Below, piece by piece: positions 61,757-64,000 of a DNA stretch of 64,000 nucleotides. The notes below the pieces were generated by a model, which was not told where the DNA came from, did no database searches, and was given only the letters and a program-made list of their open reading frames with translations. The position numbers and the translations under genes were made by a program. Source of the DNA: an uncultured Oscillospiraceae bacterium (GTDB lineage Bacteria > Bacillota > Clostridia > Oscillospirales > Oscillospiraceae); assembly GCA_934597175.1 (NCBI GenBank), contig CAKTQR010000003.1, forward strand, positions 7,570-71,569, in the 5' to 3' direction. Position 1 is the first letter of the stretch; each line of letters begins with the position of its first letter.

Positions 61757-61850
61757 TGATTTTCGTCCATGCAAGGCGAAGCCCGACGGGAATACCTGCG
61801 TGTATTTCCTAGGGCTTTAACGCAGCATGGGCGGAAATCAGCCTGTCAAA
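61757..61850 (+). repeat. family D, copy 2
   Basis: GATTTTCGTCCATGCAAGGCGAAGCCCGACGGGAATACCTGCGTGTATTTCCTAGGGCTTTAACGCAGCATGGGCGGAAATCAGCCTGTCA. Confidence 0.85.
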
Positions 61851-62082
61851 AAAATAAAAAGTGCAGGTCGTTTTTCAACGACCTGCCAACAGGGTTGTGG
61901 GATAAAGATATGAGCCGTGGTTTCGCATTTGCGAGACCAATTGGATAAGCTGTGATTAGAGAATAGCATTTTGCCGCAGGCTTGTAAAGAGCGAAAGAAC
62001 ACTGGTTTTGTCGAATGAAAAATTTTTCTTAAATAAATTTCATCACACGGTGCAAACTAAGCGAGAAAGGAAGGGTAAGAAC

Positions 62083-62289
62083 ATGATTATAGATCGCATT
62101 GCGCTGATACTGACCATCATCGGCGGTATCAACTGGGGCAGCATCGGACTTTTCAGATTTGACATCGTTGCATGGATCTGCGGCGGCCAGACCGCCGCCG
62201 TGAGCCGTGTTATCTACACCCTTGTCGGTCTCGCCGCACTCTGGTGTATATCACTGCTGTTCAAGCGTGACTGCTGTCCCGACGAATGA
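62083..62289 (+). CDS. DUF378-type small membrane protein
   Basis: 68 aa from the ATG at 62083. IALILTIIGGINWGSIGLFRFDIVAWICGG is the DUF378 pattern. Confidence 0.75.
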   Translation: MIIDRIALILTIIGGINWGSIGLFRFDIVAWICGGQTAAVSRVIYTLVGLAALWCISLLFKRDCCPDE

Positions 62290-62324
62290 ATCAAAACGCC
62301 TTTGGAATGACCAAAGGCGTTTTT

Positions 62325-62609
62325 TCACATTGTGCTGAATTTAAAATAGACCAGCAGCGCAAGCTGGAGTATCGCAAGTGCGGGGAAGAACACGGCAAAG
62401 TACCAGTGGCGGGTCTTGTGGCGGAACGAGTACATGCCGATGGTGCCGCCTATCGCACCGAACAAAATTGCAAACAGGAACAGCACCTTTTCGGGGATGC
62501 GGCGCTTGTCGAGCTTGGCCTTGACCTTGTCCGTGCCCATGAGGATGAATGCGATGACATTCATGGCGGCGACGATGCACCACACGACGGTCTGCATAGT
62601 TTCACTCAT
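62325..62609 (-). CDS. DUF1294-type membrane protein
   Basis: 94 aa from the ATG at 62609 (ATGA overlap with the ygiQ stop). MGTDKVKAKLDKRRIPEKVLFLFAILFGAIGGTIGMYSFRHKTRH. Confidence 0.75.
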   Translation of the reverse strand: MSETMQTVVWCIVAAMNVIAFILMGTDKVKAKLDKRRIPEKVLFLFAILFGAIGGTIGMYSFRHKTRHWYFAVFFPALAILQLALLVYFKFSTM

Positions 62610-64000
62610 GACTTTTTCCCCTTTCCGCCCTTGTTGGGCTTTGCGTTTTTCTTCTGCTTCGGCTTTGCCCAGCCCTTTTTGTAGCCCTCGGATTTCTTGG
62701 GTGGCTCGGGCTTTTTGGGCTCTGCCTTCGGCTTGCGGTTTGCCGGTCTGTCCGGCCGCACGAGGCACTCCGGACCGTAGCCGATGAGATCCTCTCGACC
62801 GGCGGCCTTGAGCGCTTCTATGACGAGCTTGCGCTTATCCGGCCGCTTCCACTGCAAAAGCGCACGCTGCATCGCCTTTTCCTGCGGCGTTTTGGCGACA
62901 TAGACAGACTTCATGGTCATGGGGTCGATGCCCGTGTAGTACATACAGGTCGACAGCGTTCCCGGGGTGGGGTAAAAGTCCTGCACCTGCTCGGGCTGGC
63001 GGCCCATTTTGTTGAGATACTCGGCAAGCGCCACGGCATCGTCGAGCGTGCTGCCCGGGTGGGACGACATGAGGTACGGGACTATATACTGCTCCTTTGA
63101 AAACTTGTTGTTAAGCTTTTTATACTGCTCCAAAAAGCGCTCGTACACATCGATGTGCGGCTTTCCCATATAGTCGAGCACGGAGTCGATGCAGTGCTCG
63201 GGTGCGACCTTTAGCTGCCCCGAGATGTGGTACTTTACAAGCTCGGCAAAGAACTCGTTGTTCTTGTCCTGAAGCATATAGTCATAGCGGATGCCGCTGC
63301 GGACAAACACCTTTTTGATGCCCGGGATGGCACGCAGCTTGCGCAAAAGCGCCAAGTAGTCCGAGTGGTCGGCGTCGAGATTTTTGCACGGATACGGCGC
63401 AAGGCAGCGCTTGTCCGGACACATGCCGTATTTGTCCTGCTTGTGGCAGGAGTGGTGGCGGAAGTTTGCCGACGGGCCGCCGACATCGTTTATGTAGCCC
63501 TTGAAATCGGGCAATTTGGTCAGCGCCGTGACCTCACGGATGACGCTTTCGTGGCTGCGGCTCGTGACCATTCTGCCCTGATGGAACGCCAGTGCGCAGA
63601 AGCTGCAGCCGCCGAAGCAGCCACGGTTGTGGATAACCGAAAAGCGCACCTCATCAATGGCTGGAACGCCGCCGAGAGGCTCATACATCGGATGATAAGT
63701 CCTTGCATACGGAAGCTCGGCGACAAAGTCGAGCTCCTTTGAGGTCAAGGGCATTGCAGGGGGATTTACGACAAGATACCTGCCGTCGTGCTCCTGAATC
63801 ATCGCCCTGCCGCGCACGGGGTCGTGCTCTTCGTACTCGATGCGTGTTGCGTCGGCGTACAGGCGCTTTGACTCGCACACATCCTTGAATGACGGAAGCT
63901 CCACATAGTCAAATGCGCAGTCGGTTTTATCGTGCGTCAGATACGCCGTGCCCTTTATGTCGGTCATTTTGCTCACGGGAATTTTCTTTTTGAGCCGCTT
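62606..64000 (-). CDS. ygiQ: YgiQ-family radical SAM protein, 5' end beyond the window
   Basis: The frame is open to base 64000. CxxxCxxC cluster (GCFGGCSFCAL). The C-terminal Lys/Pro-rich tail is typical of the UPF0313/YgiQ family. Confidence 0.8.
   Translation of the reverse strand, partial: KRLKKKIPVSKMTDIKGTAYLTHDKTDCAFDYVELPSFKDVCESKRLYADATRIEYEEHDPVRGRAMIQEHDGRYLVVNPPAMPLTSKELDFVAELPYARTYHPMYEPLGGVPAIDEVRFSVIHNRGCFGGCSFCALAFHQGRMVTSRSHESVIREVTALTKLPDFKGYINDVGGPSANFRHHSCHKQDKYGMCPDKRCLAPYPCKNLDADHSDYLALLRKLRAIPGIKKVFVRSGIRYDYMLQDKNNEFFAELVKYHISGQLKVAPEHCIDSVLDYMGKPHIDVYERFLEQYKKLNNKFSKEQYIVPYLMSSHPGSTLDDAVALAEYLNKMGRQPEQVQDFYPTPGTLSTCMYYTGIDPMTMKSVYVAKTPQEKAMQRALLQWKRPDKRKLVIEALKAAGREDLIGYGPECLVRPDRPANRKPKAEPKKPEPPKKSEGYKKGWAKPKQKKNAKPNKGGKGKKS

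Overview
The window looks like a high-GC (by eye about 58-60%, not computed) Bacillota/Clostridia-type chromosome segment. Supporting marks are a T-box leader, an SLH surface protein, YlmC/YmxH and a type III glutamine synthetase.

Backbone genes, in order: ACT-domain protein and aspartate kinase; two ECF-sigma/anti-sigma pairs; Fic; LysR regulators; a PutP-like symporter; a tandem CNNM/CorC pair; an SLH/beta-propeller protein; initiator tRNA-Met; GntR; a MATE pump; HxlR and PNPOx; and macrodomain plus SirTM. A co-directional block follows: guaA-purB-purA-nadE-pyrG-glnA(type III)-asnB. The window ends with GNAT, tsf-rpsB, ylmC, a parB-like gene, DUF378, DUF1294 and ygiQ (cut by the window end).

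Accessory content:
1. A 13.4-kb AT-rich integrative mobilizable element (31845-45316) sits in the 3' end of guaA. It is bounded by a perfect 16-bp direct repeat, and guaA's original terminator is displaced to the far junction. Its cargo is a tightly packed seven-gene operon: abiEi, abiEii, a Mod-like MTase with a long N-terminal extension, a TM coiled-coil protein, a Res-like helicase-nuclease, a membrane protein and a GYQP-repeat peptide. This operon is my top candidate for an undescribed defence architecture.
2. An AT-rich islet (about 19.8-22.1 kb) carries hicA-hicB plus a SecB-like third gene (candidate toxin-antitoxin-chaperone system) and a GIY-YIG nuclease.
3. A type II R-M cassette is bracketed by copies of one conserved terminator hairpin.
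4. At least five non-coding dispersed repeat families, some with terminal inverted repeats, are packed unusually densely.
5. A response regulator is truncated at a junction with a Cys-rich small-protein paralog.

No rRNA, CRISPR/cas or phage structural genes were seen. All family calls come from motif recognition by eye, not from database searches. Repeat boundaries are approximate (about +/-10 nt).
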